From a virus, in the IMG/VR virus record IMGVR_UViG_3300047557_002158, positions 4,045-68,044 of that record: a DNA stretch of 64,000 nt; one strand, written 5' to 3'. The notes beneath the pieces were generated by a model. The model was not told the origin of the DNA. It did not search any database and was given only the letters and a program-made list of their open reading frames with translations. Of this stretch, positions 1 to 10,000 are shown piece by piece. Numbering within the stretch: the stretch's first letter is position 1; each line of letters opens with the position of its first letter. The position numbers and the translations under genes were made by a program.

Positions 1-894
1 AGTCCAGAATATTACTGGAAAATAATTGAACACCTGGATGAAATCGGTAGTGAGGCTGGCATATCATTTACCAGTAACCTGTGGCCATTCTATAAGAATC
101 CTAAAAAATGGGCCAAACTATTTACACATCCTCGCATGGGTATTACAACCAGTTTTCAATATGGTGGTGGTAGACTTAAAGGTGACTTGACAGAATTCAG
201 TGAAGAAGATTTTTGGAACGTCAGTGATATGATGCTGGACGTTGTTGGTTATCGTCCAGATTTCATAAGTGTTATCACTAAGGAGAATGAACATCTAGCC
301 ATCAAGAACGTTGAACTGGCCAAGAAAATGGATGTGGAATGTAAATTGAACTATGCGTTCAGTAGTGGACCTCCGGTAAAATTCAAAAACATTATCATGG
401 GACAACAGGGGCAACCATATTTACTGGCAGATATTTACAAAATATATATTGAAATATGGAAAAAAGATTTGACGCAGTGGGAATATAACACAAAACAGAT
501 GGTCAAAAGATTGATTGGCCATACAACAACTTGTCCACAAAATAGAAACTGTGATGAAAGCATTCGAACATTACAACCTAGTGGCGATTATTACAGTTGC
601 GGTGCATTTGGTGATGATAAAATCTATCAAATAGATTTCGAAAAAGAAATGTCAGGTGAAAAAATATTTCCTTTGAAATTTCAACCAGAAATACAAAGTC
701 TTAAACAATCCTGTTTCACCTGTCCAATGTTTCAAATTTGTAATGGTTGCAAGAAGACAATTAAGGATTTAAAAGATCATGACTTGGTGGAAGAACATTG
801 TTCAAAAATGAAACTATTGGCACCAGACATTATTGAATCTAATGGTTTGACGGGTGCTTTAGAACTCACACCATATGTTAGAGAATATACATGA
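1..894 (+). CDS. Radical SAM protein with SPASM-like C-terminal Fe-S domain (5' truncated by window edge)
   Basis: Frame is open from base 1 (SPEYYWKII...). C-terminal Cys pattern CPQNRNC...YSCG...CFTCPMFQICNGC...HC is SPASM-like. The CxxxCxxC motif would lie upstream of the window. Confidence 0.75.
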   Translation, partial: SPEYYWKIIEHLDEIGSEAGISFTSNLWPFYKNPKKWAKLFTHPRMGITTSFQYGGGRLKGDLTEFSEEDFWNVSDMMLDVVGYRPDFISVITKENEHLAIKNVELAKKMDVECKLNYAFSSGPPVKFKNIIMGQQGQPYLLADIYKIYIEIWKKDLTQWEYNTKQMVKRLIGHTTTCPQNRNCDESIRTLQPSGDYYSCGAFGDDKIYQIDFEKEMSGEKIFPLKFQPEIQSLKQSCFTCPMFQICNGCKKTIKDLKDHDLVEEHCSKMKLLAPDIIESNGLTGALELTPYVREYT

Positions 895-1799
895 ATGTTT
901 CTATTAATCCAAGTTACTTCTGCAATTTCAGATGTGACTTTTGTTATCTGACAGAAAAGCAATTATCAGACCAGAAGAAAATAGAATTAGAAAAACTGGA
1001 TGAATTATTATCACAAATACCAAACATAGAACATGTTGATCTATACGGTGGTGAAATAGGTGCACTGAAAAAAGATTACTTTTATGGATTGAAAAATACA
1101 ATACGAAAACATTATAGTGGTAAAATTAATATTAATACCAATTATTCCATGTTGCACGATGGATTCTATGAAGATGATTTCTACCTAAGTGTTAGTTATG
1201 ATTGGGAAGCCAGAGAAAAGTCTGACAGGGTTTACCAGAACATGTTGTTAAGTCCAGTGCCTTTGGCCGTATTGGTCCTAACCAGTCCTAAAGTGTTACG
1301 GATGAATGTTGATGATCTTATATTGTCAATGAACATGTGTAGTGGTGTGAGAAGTGTGGAAATAAAACCTTACAGCACCAACCAGGCAAATCAACATCTC
1401 GTCACACACAAAGACTTTGAGGAGTTTGTTAAAAAGTGGATTGAAAGCCCAATACAAAAAAACTTTGAATTCATTAATGAATATTATATTGAAGATGTTT
1501 TGGATGGTAGTCGAAACGCATTCAGTGATGACCACATCTACATCACACCAAATGGTAAGTTCGCAGTGTTGGAATTTGATTTAAATGACAATGAATATTT
1601 CTTGGAACTGGATAGTTGGAACGATTATGTGAAATGGACACAAAAAGAAAAACGAAACAACGTCAGTGATATCTGTAGAAGTTGTGAATTCTATGGCAAA
1701 TGTCTGACTGAGCACTATCGTTATGTCAAGGATCTAAATAATGGTTGCAATGGTTATAAATTTTTAATAGAGTGGTATCGTGACAGAATGGAAAATTAG
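891..1799 (+). CDS. Radical SAM protein with C-terminal Cys cluster
   Basis: CNFRCDFC (CxxxCxxC), LYGGE motif, NTN strand, C-terminal CRSCEFYGKC...GC. Confidence 0.9.
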   Translation: MNVSINPSYFCNFRCDFCYLTEKQLSDQKKIELEKLDELLSQIPNIEHVDLYGGEIGALKKDYFYGLKNTIRKHYSGKININTNYSMLHDGFYEDDFYLSVSYDWEAREKSDRVYQNMLLSPVPLAVLVLTSPKVLRMNVDDLILSMNMCSGVRSVEIKPYSTNQANQHLVTHKDFEEFVKKWIESPIQKNFEFINEYYIEDVLDGSRNAFSDDHIYITPNGKFAVLEFDLNDNEYFLELDSWNDYVKWTQKEKRNNVSDICRSCEFYGKCLTEHYRYVKDLNNGCNGYKFLIEWYRDRMEN

Positions 1800-2178
1800 A
1801 CAAGAAATTTATTATAGACTCAATACTGATTTTGATGATGATCTGAAAACCAAAAAGGTTGAGATTTCGGATGATATTGTCAACAATGCGGTACGATATT
1901 TCAATGATCGTAATATTGGATGGATATATCCAGCAAAAAGTTATATGGTCGGAATATGTTATTCACGTTGGTTGTCAGAATATTTTGGTGGCGAACCACT
2001 GTCTTATTTAAAAGATCAATCTTTACTTTACAACAATGATCCTTATTTTCAAACATATGATCAGGACAAAAAAGTTTATGATCAAATATTGTTAAAAATT
2101 AATCACTGGAAATTTGATGAAACAATCGGCCTAGTTCCAGATGTTAAGAAGTATTTTATGGAAGAATTTATGTTATGA
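1780..2178 (+). CDS. Hypothetical protein coupled to the radical SAM genes
   Basis: 132-aa ORF overlapping both neighbours. Confidence 0.75.
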   Translation: MTEWKIRQEIYYRLNTDFDDDLKTKKVEISDDIVNNAVRYFNDRNIGWIYPAKSYMVGICYSRWLSEYFGGEPLSYLKDQSLLYNNDPYFQTYDQDKKVYDQILLKINHWKFDETIGLVPDVKKYFMEEFML

Positions 2179-2756
2179 TTCAAAATTTATGGCCAACACC
2201 CTTTTTAAAAACGAATTTTCCAGAAAAAATAAATAACGATTTGTCCAATCATTTATTTTTAAAATATGATTTTTTTAACAATGTGGGTCCAGATGCAATT
2301 GCAACCGAGTCAAGAAATATTTTCGATGATAAATCAAAAATAATAAAAATTTTCAAAGATCAAATTGTAATACCACTATTCGATACTTTTTTAAAAGAAT
2401 CGCTGAATAAAGATTTGTCCTTTTGGAAAGGATATGCACTTAAAGGATGGTTAACTGGTTCGGGTAAAAATTATTCTTCGGAATTTCATAATCATAGAGG
2501 ATCATCACTCTCTGCCATATTTTATTTGTTATGTGACGATGTGGATGTAGGTGGAAATATTCATTTTACGGACCCAAGACAAAATTCAAATCGAGGATAT
2601 GACATGAATTTTATTTCTTGGTTTGAAAATTATACCTTTGTTCCGAAAAGTGGTGATGCAGTTGTTTTTCCTAGTTTTTTGTATCATTATGTTTCAACCT
2701 ATAAAGGAAACATAAGATTGGTTTTACCTGTGGATCTTTTTTTGTTCAACAATTAA
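2175..2756 (+). CDS. Putative 2OG-Fe(II) oxygenase (phage TIGR02466-like)
   Basis: HNH...LSAIFYL...GGNIHFTDPR...PKSGDAVVFPSFLYHYV...R pattern. Confidence 0.85.
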   Translation: MIQNLWPTPFLKTNFPEKINNDLSNHLFLKYDFFNNVGPDAIATESRNIFDDKSKIIKIFKDQIVIPLFDTFLKESLNKDLSFWKGYALKGWLTGSGKNYSSEFHNHRGSSLSAIFYLLCDDVDVGGNIHFTDPRQNSNRGYDMNFISWFENYTFVPKSGDAVVFPSFLYHYVSTYKGNIRLVLPVDLFLFNN

Positions 2757-2805
2757 ACTTCGAAAAGCAAAAAATATCCTAAATATCTTAGTGTTTTTTG
2801 AACAT

Positions 2806-2813
2806 GATAAATA
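2806..2813 (+). promoter_or_regulatory. T4-type late promoter (GATAAATA)
   Basis: TATAAATA-like element in the gap before the structural island; gp55 is encoded in the window. Confidence 0.55.
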
Positions 2814-2846
2814 CCATTATTATAATAAAAAAGGTAAAGATTAATC

Positions 2847-3185
2847 ATGGCAGCAGGATATCAAGAACTATTTATAGAACAGGGGGTCGATTTTTCAACC
2901 TCCATTACCTTGGATAATCCAGATAATGAGCCCTTTGATCTAACTGGCTTTGAAGCGAAAAGTCAGATAAGAAAATCCTATTATTCCAACAATGCATCAG
3001 CTCAATTCACCATCAGTATTGGAACTCCAGCTAATGGTACGATAAGTATGGCTTTAAGTTCAGCAAACACAGCAAATTTAGCTTCAGGTAGATATGTTTA
3101 TGATGTAGTTATTAGAAAAAACAATCAGATTACAAGAGTTTTGGAAGGAATTGTTAATATCGTACCGCAAGTTACTAAATTTTAA
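2847..3185 (+). CDS. Virion structural protein (Ig-like/BppU-N-like baseplate-associated)
   Basis: IEQGVDF...FDLTG...SQIRKSY...GRYVYDV...RVLEGIVNI pattern common in T4-like phages. Confidence 0.6.
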   Translation: MAAGYQELFIEQGVDFSTSITLDNPDNEPFDLTGFEAKSQIRKSYYSNNASAQFTISIGTPANGTISMALSSANTANLASGRYVYDVVIRKNNQITRVLEGIVNIVPQVTKF

Positions 3186-3194
3186 AGGACAAAA

Positions 3195-3731
3195 ATGCCT
3201 ACGGTAACAGTTTCACAACCTTCGATAATCAAAGTTAAGATTGATAGTCAACAAAGTAAAGTCAGCACTATCAATTATGCACCAAAATCACTAAAAAGCG
3301 ATTCTGATGTTGACATGACTGGTGCTTTGACCGGTGATGTTCTGGTCTATAACGCAAGTACACAAATTTTTAGTACAAAACGTATAGGATCAGCAACGCC
3401 GGTGACGGGTGCTTTAGTACCAACCAGTACAAGAGCATTCGATATTGGTACAACAACACGAAGATTTAGAAGTATTTATTTGTCCGGTAATACCATTGAT
3501 ATGGACGGAACACAGTTAAAAGCTGATGCCGCAAATGGTACACTATCATTCAGTGCAGCTCCGACACCGGAATTTCCAAATCCAATTGCAATTTTAATAA
3601 CTCCGCAAGGAGGTTTTGCACCAGTTCAAACAGTGGCAGGTGAAATACCCCCATCAACAAATATACAAAGCATTATTGCAAATACTGCAACATATCTTCA
3701 ATTCACTGGCGGTGATGCGGGTTTCTTTTAA
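3195..3731 (+). CDS. Tail-fibre-associated protein, C-terminal DAGFF
   Basis: DVD...GDVLVYN repeat and FDIGTTTRRFRSIYLSG fibre motif. Confidence 0.6.
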   Translation: MPTVTVSQPSIIKVKIDSQQSKVSTINYAPKSLKSDSDVDMTGALTGDVLVYNASTQIFSTKRIGSATPVTGALVPTSTRAFDIGTTTRRFRSIYLSGNTIDMDGTQLKADAANGTLSFSAAPTPEFPNPIAILITPQGGFAPVQTVAGEIPPSTNIQSIIANTATYLQFTGGDAGFF

Positions 3732-3956
3732 ATGTCAAATACAGTCATACAGATATTAAGATCATATGCAAACACCATACCACCATCTTTGGCGGACGGT
3801 GAATTAGCATATTCTTTTGCGGCCAATGCGTTATACATTGGAGACCAATATGGTAATATTATAACAATTGGTGGATCAGCTTTTGCGGCAAATGTTACTG
3901 TTGCTGTTGCAAATGTATCTATTGAAACTTTGAATGCGGACGGTGGCGAATTTTAA
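3732..3956 (+). CDS. Small fibre adaptor (fibre N-terminal domain plus C-terminal DGGEF)
   Basis: MSNTVIQILRS...PPSLADGELAY N-terminus shared with 3992 and 7081. Confidence 0.65.
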   Translation: MSNTVIQILRSYANTIPPSLADGELAYSFAANALYIGDQYGNIITIGGSAFAANVTVAVANVSIETLNADGGEF

Positions 3957-3991
3957 TAAATAACGTTATAGCTTAATAATAAGGACAAGAA

Positions 3992-6373
3992 ATGGCTAAT
4001 ACTTCAATCAGAATTAAACGTTCTACCGGAACAAGTTCACCAGCAAATTTGTTATCCGGTGAATTTGCTTATTCCTACCTATCAAATACACTGTTTATTG
4101 GTACTTCGGATGGTACTTCCACATTAAATGTTGGTGGTCAGTATTATACCAGTCAAGTAGATCAAGCAACAGATGCTGCTACCGCACTTAAATTGGTTCG
4201 TAGAGATGCAGGTGGTAATGCTTCTTTCAACTATGTTTTTGCAAATATTGTTGGTACTATTATTGGAAATGCAAATAGTGCCACACAATTATTGAACGCA
4301 AGAGATTTCAGTATTAGTGGTGGCGACATTTCTGCATCAGCCGTTTCTTTTGATGGTACACAAAATGTAACACTAAATGCTTCATTAAATGCAGTTCCTG
4401 GTTTAGTTTCTGGTGTTTATGGTGGTACAACAGCAATTCCTGTTGTAACTGTTGCTGCAAATGGTCGTGTGATGGCTATTTCCAATACGACCATTTCCAC
4501 CTCATTTGATATAAAAGGTGACACAGGAACAGATACAGTTAATGGTGGTGATACAATAACATTTGTTGGTGGTGATGGTATTACCACCGCAGTTACAGAC
4601 AATACAGTTTCATTTGCAGTAGATACTACAGTTTTCCGTTCAAATACTGCAATGACCAAACAACTGGTTGACGGAGATGTTCAAATTTCCGGTAACTTGA
4701 CAGTTCTTGGTACAGAAACAATCATTAATGTTCAGACACTAAACATTTCTGATCCATTATTAATTTTAGCTGGTAACAATCAAACATCCGACATTGTTGA
4801 TATTGGTTTTGTTGGACACTACAATGATGGTGCAAATAGACATGCTGGTGTTTTCCGTCATGCAGGTACCAAAGAGTTCTATGTTTTTGATAATTATGGC
4901 ACAGAACTTTCTTCAAATAACACAATTGATGTTGCAAACAATACTTTCCGTGTTGCAACTCTTAATGCAAATATCAAGTCTCAATTTGCAAATGTAACTA
5001 CAGCAAATGTTGGTACAATTAACTCTAGTAGTGCAAATCTAACAAACTTAACTCTTGGTACTGCATTAGGAGTACCTAGTGGTGGCACAGGTGCAGCATC
5101 ATTCACTAGTGGTGCAATTATAATTGGTAATGGAACAAGTGCATTAACAACACTTGCTAACAGCACATACACCGCAACAGGTACTGGCGCACAAAATAAT
5201 ACAGTTACATCTGTGACCGTTGATGCCTACGGCCGTGTAACTGCTGCAACATTCCAAGCAATCTCTGGATTGACTGTTGGTCAAGGTGGTACGGGTGTTT
5301 CTTCATTCACAGCTGGTCAAATCTTGATTGGTGATGGTGCAGATGGCATCAAACAACTTGCAAATACTGGCACCGCTGGAACATACGGAAATGCAAACAC
5401 AATTCCAGTAGTTACAACTGATGTTTATGGTAGAGTTTCTGGTGTTACAAATACTGCAATCGCAATAGATGCATCACAAGTATCTTCTGGTCTATTACCA
5501 ATAAGCAGAGGCGGTACCAATAACGACACCTTCACCTCTGGTGCAGCAATATTCTTTGATGGTACCAAATTTGCGACACTTGCAAATACTGGTACTGCTG
5601 GAACATATGGTAGTTCAACACAAATTCCAGTCATTACAACTGATGCATACGGCAGAGTTTCTAATGTCACAACTGCCACAGTAAGCACTCCAGAACTTGC
5701 TAATGGATCTTACTATCTAGCAATTTCTTCTACTGACGGTACCGTTTCTTCAAATGGCGCAGGATTCTTGTTGAAGAATGGTGCAAGAATTAAAGATACA
5801 GCAGGTGATGCTGTTGCATTCGGTCAAAATGCCGGTGCATTATCTCAAGGCGGCCAAGCAGTTGCGATTGGTGATTCTGCTGGTTACAACACACAAGGTG
5901 ACTTTGCAGTTGCAATAGGTTACGGCGCAGGTAATCAAAATCAAAGTCAAGTAGCTGTCGCTATCGGTTTGAATGCCGGTATGGTTAGCCAAGGATACAA
6001 TGGTATCGCAATCGGTAATTCAGCAGGTTCTTCAAATCAAGGAACAGGCGCAATCGCCTTGGGTTATTCCTCAGGTGGTGCTGGAGGAAACTACTCAGTC
6101 GCAATTGGTTATCAAGCGGCTTCAGGAAATACAAGTTCAATTGGTGCAAATGCTATCGCATTAGGTTATAAAGCTGGTTACGAATCTGCATTTGCAGGAA
6201 GTATTATATTGAATGCTTCTGGAAACAATTTGAGTTCAGCTGCAGCAGGCCTGTATATTGATCCAGTTCGTTACACTAACGCCCAAGATTCTACATATGA
6301 TGGTCTGATGTTCTATAATTCAAGTACAAAAGAAGTTCGTTATTCATATGCATTAGACGGAGGTTCATTCTAA
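3992..6373 (+). CDS. Tail fibre protein
   Basis: IRIKRS...L.GE.AY N-terminus, repeated GTYG...IPV.T.D.YGRV fibre units, YadA-like AVAIG repeats, ends LDGGSF. Confidence 0.85.
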   Translation: MANTSIRIKRSTGTSSPANLLSGEFAYSYLSNTLFIGTSDGTSTLNVGGQYYTSQVDQATDAATALKLVRRDAGGNASFNYVFANIVGTIIGNANSATQLLNARDFSISGGDISASAVSFDGTQNVTLNASLNAVPGLVSGVYGGTTAIPVVTVAANGRVMAISNTTISTSFDIKGDTGTDTVNGGDTITFVGGDGITTAVTDNTVSFAVDTTVFRSNTAMTKQLVDGDVQISGNLTVLGTETIINVQTLNISDPLLILAGNNQTSDIVDIGFVGHYNDGANRHAGVFRHAGTKEFYVFDNYGTELSSNNTIDVANNTFRVATLNANIKSQFANVTTANVGTINSSSANLTNLTLGTALGVPSGGTGAASFTSGAIIIGNGTSALTTLANSTYTATGTGAQNNTVTSVTVDAYGRVTAATFQAISGLTVGQGGTGVSSFTAGQILIGDGADGIKQLANTGTAGTYGNANTIPVVTTDVYGRVSGVTNTAIAIDASQVSSGLLPISRGGTNNDTFTSGAAIFFDGTKFATLANTGTAGTYGSSTQIPVITTDAYGRVSNVTTATVSTPELANGSYYLAISSTDGTVSSNGAGFLLKNGARIKDTAGDAVAFGQNAGALSQGGQAVAIGDSAGYNTQGDFAVAIGYGAGNQNQSQVAVAIGLNAGMVSQGYNGIAIGNSAGSSNQGTGAIALGYSSGGAGGNYSVAIGYQAASGNTSSIGANAIALGYKAGYESAFAGSIILNASGNNLSSAAAGLYIDPVRYTNAQDSTYDGLMFYNSSTKEVRYSYALDGGSF

Positions 6374-6416
6374 CTTGAATATATAATGTAACATTTCTTT
6401 ATAATAGGAGTTTGAA

Positions 6417-7076
6417 ATGGCAAATGAAAAATATATTAATCACTATGTTGATATTTTAACAGGCACTCTGACAGATACAATTCTCAAGAGTGTTTCCATG
6501 CAGGCTAATGCTAGAATCACTGATGAGGTTATCAAAGAACAAACGGAAAAAATTGAAAAATTAACTACGTCTTTGAATCAAAAACAAGAACAAGTTAATC
6601 AATTAAATTCCCAAAAAGCTTCTAATGAAAATACCGTCATCAATGATTTGAATACAAGGATTTTACAAAAAGATTCTGAATTGAATAGATTGTTGAACGA
6701 ATTAAATGAATTGAAAAGCAAATATCGAGATTATGATTCGATAAAAAATCAGGCAACACATGTCGATACATTTAAAAATGAATTGATTAAAACACGCGAA
6801 GAAGTAAATAAAGTTCGTGATGAATATGAGAAAAAAATTGTTTCTTTACAAAAAGAAAATGATGATAAAGTTAATGTGATAAAGAAAAATCATGAGTCTG
6901 AAAAACAAGATTTGACACAAAAAATTAATGAGTTGACCACTAAAATTGATTATTTGCAATTACCTCCTGCCAAAAGAAAAAAAATTGATGAGCTAAATAA
7001 AGAGGTAACCACACCAGTTATTTCGAATGTACTGGTTGGAACAAATAGCTTAGTCGAAGATGGTGGAACTTTTTAA
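6417..7076 (+). CDS. Coiled-coil protein ending DGGTF
   Basis: Strong GGAG RBS, charged heptad-rich sequence. Confidence 0.7.
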   Translation: MANEKYINHYVDILTGTLTDTILKSVSMQANARITDEVIKEQTEKIEKLTTSLNQKQEQVNQLNSQKASNENTVINDLNTRILQKDSELNRLLNELNELKSKYRDYDSIKNQATHVDTFKNELIKTREEVNKVRDEYEKKIVSLQKENDDKVNVIKKNHESEKQDLTQKINELTTKIDYLQLPPAKRKKIDELNKEVTTPVISNVLVGTNSLVEDGGTF

Positions 7077-7080
7077 ATAA

Positions 7081-10000
7081 ATGTCAAATACATCAATACA
7101 GTTAAAGAAATCAGGACAAACTGGCAATACACCATCAAACTTAGCATTTGGTGAGATTGCCATCAACTACGCCGATGGTAAACTGTATTACAAAGATGAT
7201 ACTGGTTCAATAGATTTCATTTCTAACCAGTCTTCATTCGACACCATCAACGCAAATAACTCACTGATACTTGCTACTGGTGTTTCAGATACTCTCTCTT
7301 TTGTTGCCGGTAATAATATATCGATCAATACAAATACCACAACAAAAACAATCACAATCAATTCTACCGCAGGAAATGACGCCTACGCTAGAGACACAGC
7401 CAATGCAGCTTTTCAAAAGGCTAATAATGCACTCGCAAATACTAATGGTGCAACTTTTGGTGGCGATTTAAATGTTACTGGAAAACTTAGTGTAATTGCT
7501 TCTTCTGGTGATGAAGGTGGTGAAATATTTTTAGCACAAGCACAAAGTAATACCACATTGTCTGGTGGTATTACAATTGATTCGTATCAAAATAAAATAA
7601 GATTTTTTGAACAAGGTGGATCGGCTCGAGGTGCTTACATAGATTTAACTGAATGTGTTGGTGGCGCAGGCACAAACCTTTTAAATCCTGGAGCTACACC
7701 AGATAGTACGGCTAGAGCTACTGCAAATGCTGCATTTTTACAAGCCAATGCAGCTTATAGTTCACAAAACACAACAGGCACATATGCTAACTCAGCTTAC
7801 AATCAAGCTAATACCGCAACAACAAATGCAGCTACAGCTGATTCAAAAGCAGTAACAGCTGGCTCATACGCAAATTCGGCATTCTTAGTAGCGAATACAG
7901 CTGACGACAAGGCAATAACAGCTGGCTCATATGCAAACTCGGCATTTAATCAAGCCAATACCGCTACCAATAATGCAGCTGGATCTTCCTTGTATGCTAA
8001 TGCAGCTTTTGTTCATGCTAATGCTGCATTTAATGCAGCGAATACTGCCGGCGGTGGATCCGGTAACGCTGCTTTCATTTTTAGTGGCACCAGTAATGTA
8101 TATTTTGCAACAGCTAATGGAAACATTGTAGCAAATGTTGGCGGTAATACTATTGCAACAGTTACAAATACAGGCATTCAAATTGCTGGCGGTGATTTGG
8201 CTGGTGCAAATAATATTTACGCCAATAATTTTATTTCAAACAACACCATTACAATTTCTGGTTCTGGTGGCGATATATCTGGCGCAAATAATATTACTGG
8301 CAATAACATAATTGCAGCCAATGGAATTGTTGCGGCTGGATTAAATGTAGTACCACATTTACAAAGTGCATTTACGGCAGCCAATACTCCAAGTCATGTA
8401 GCCAATTCTGCGGCAATATATGCTAATGGAGCATTCACCAAAGCAAATACTGATGTTACTGATATCAATATTACATCTGGAACTTTTGGTAACTCAACTC
8501 ATATTCCGGTTGTTACTGTTTCGGCTAATGGTAGAATTAACACTATAAGCACAGTAGCAGCAACTGGAGGGGGCGGTGGTTCAGGTAATGCATCCTTTAT
8601 TTCTAGTGGTACAAGTAATGTATATTTCACATCAGCGAACGGAAGCATTTTAGCAAATGTTGATGGCAATACAATTGCAACAGTTACAAATACTGGAATT
8701 TTAATGTCCGGTGCTGAAGGTGATTTATCTGGTGCAAATAATGTATACGCAAATACATTCATAGCTAATACTAGAATTAGAGTTGCTGGTACCGGCGGCG
8801 ATATTTCTGGTGCAAATAATATTACTGCAAATACATTCACAGTTAACAATACTATTGTAATATCAGGATCTGGTGGTGATATATCTGGTGCATCCAATAT
8901 TACTGGCAACAACATAATCGCAGCGAACGGTGTAACTGTTGCTGGATTAAATGTAGTACCACATTTACAAAGTGCATTTTTGGTTGCAAACACACCGAGT
9001 CATGTGGCCAACTCAGCAGCATTATATGCTAATGGTGCATTCATACAAGCCAATACTGCAACCAATAATGCAGCTGGAGCTTCTTTGTATGCTAATGGTG
9101 CATTCATACAAGCCAATACTGCTACCAATAATGCAGCTGGAGCTTCTCTATATGCTAATGCAGCTTTTGCTCACGCGAATGCAGCATTTAATGCGGCCAA
9201 TACCGGTGGAGGCGGCGGATCCGGTAACGCTTCATTCATTTTTAGTGGCACAAGTAACGTTTTCTTTGCAACAGCCAATGGAAACATTGTAGCAAATGTT
9301 GGTGGAAATACAATTGCGACTGTTACCAACACTGGCATTCAAATGGCTGGTTCTGAAGGTGATTTATCTGGTGCAAATAATGTATACGCAAATACATTTA
9401 TAGCTAATACAAAAATCACAATTGGCACCGGTATCGGTGGTAATATATTTGGTGCAAACAATATTTACGCTAATACGTTTATTGCTAATACCAGAATTAG
9501 GGTTGATGGTACCGGTGGTGATATATCTGGTGCAAATAATATTACTGGCAATAACATAATTGCAGCCAATGGAATTGTTGCGGCTGGATTAAATGTTGTA
9601 ACACATTTACAGAGTGCATTTACCGCAGCCAATACACCAAGTCATGTGGCCAATTCAGCAGCACTCTATGCTAATGCAGCATTCTTGGCTGCAAACACAC
9701 CAAGTCATGTGGCCAATTCAGCAGCAATCTATGCTAATGGTGCTTTTATACAAGCCAATACCGCTACCAATAATTCTGCTGGAGCTTCTCTGTATGCTAA
9801 TGGTGCTTTTATACAAGCCAATACTGCTACCAATAATGCAGCTGGTGCTTCCTTGTATGCTAATGGTGCATTCATACAAGCCAATACTGCTACCAATAAT
9901 GCAGCTGGTGCTTCCTTGTATGCAAATGGTGCGTTCATACAAGCCAATGCTGCATATACCAGAGCTAACAACTCTTTAAATGCTAATACCGGTGGTACTG

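Noticed and set aside
9025-9948. CRISPR-like periodic repeats
   Set aside because: These are in-frame 63-bp coding repeats without unique spacers, and no cas genes are present
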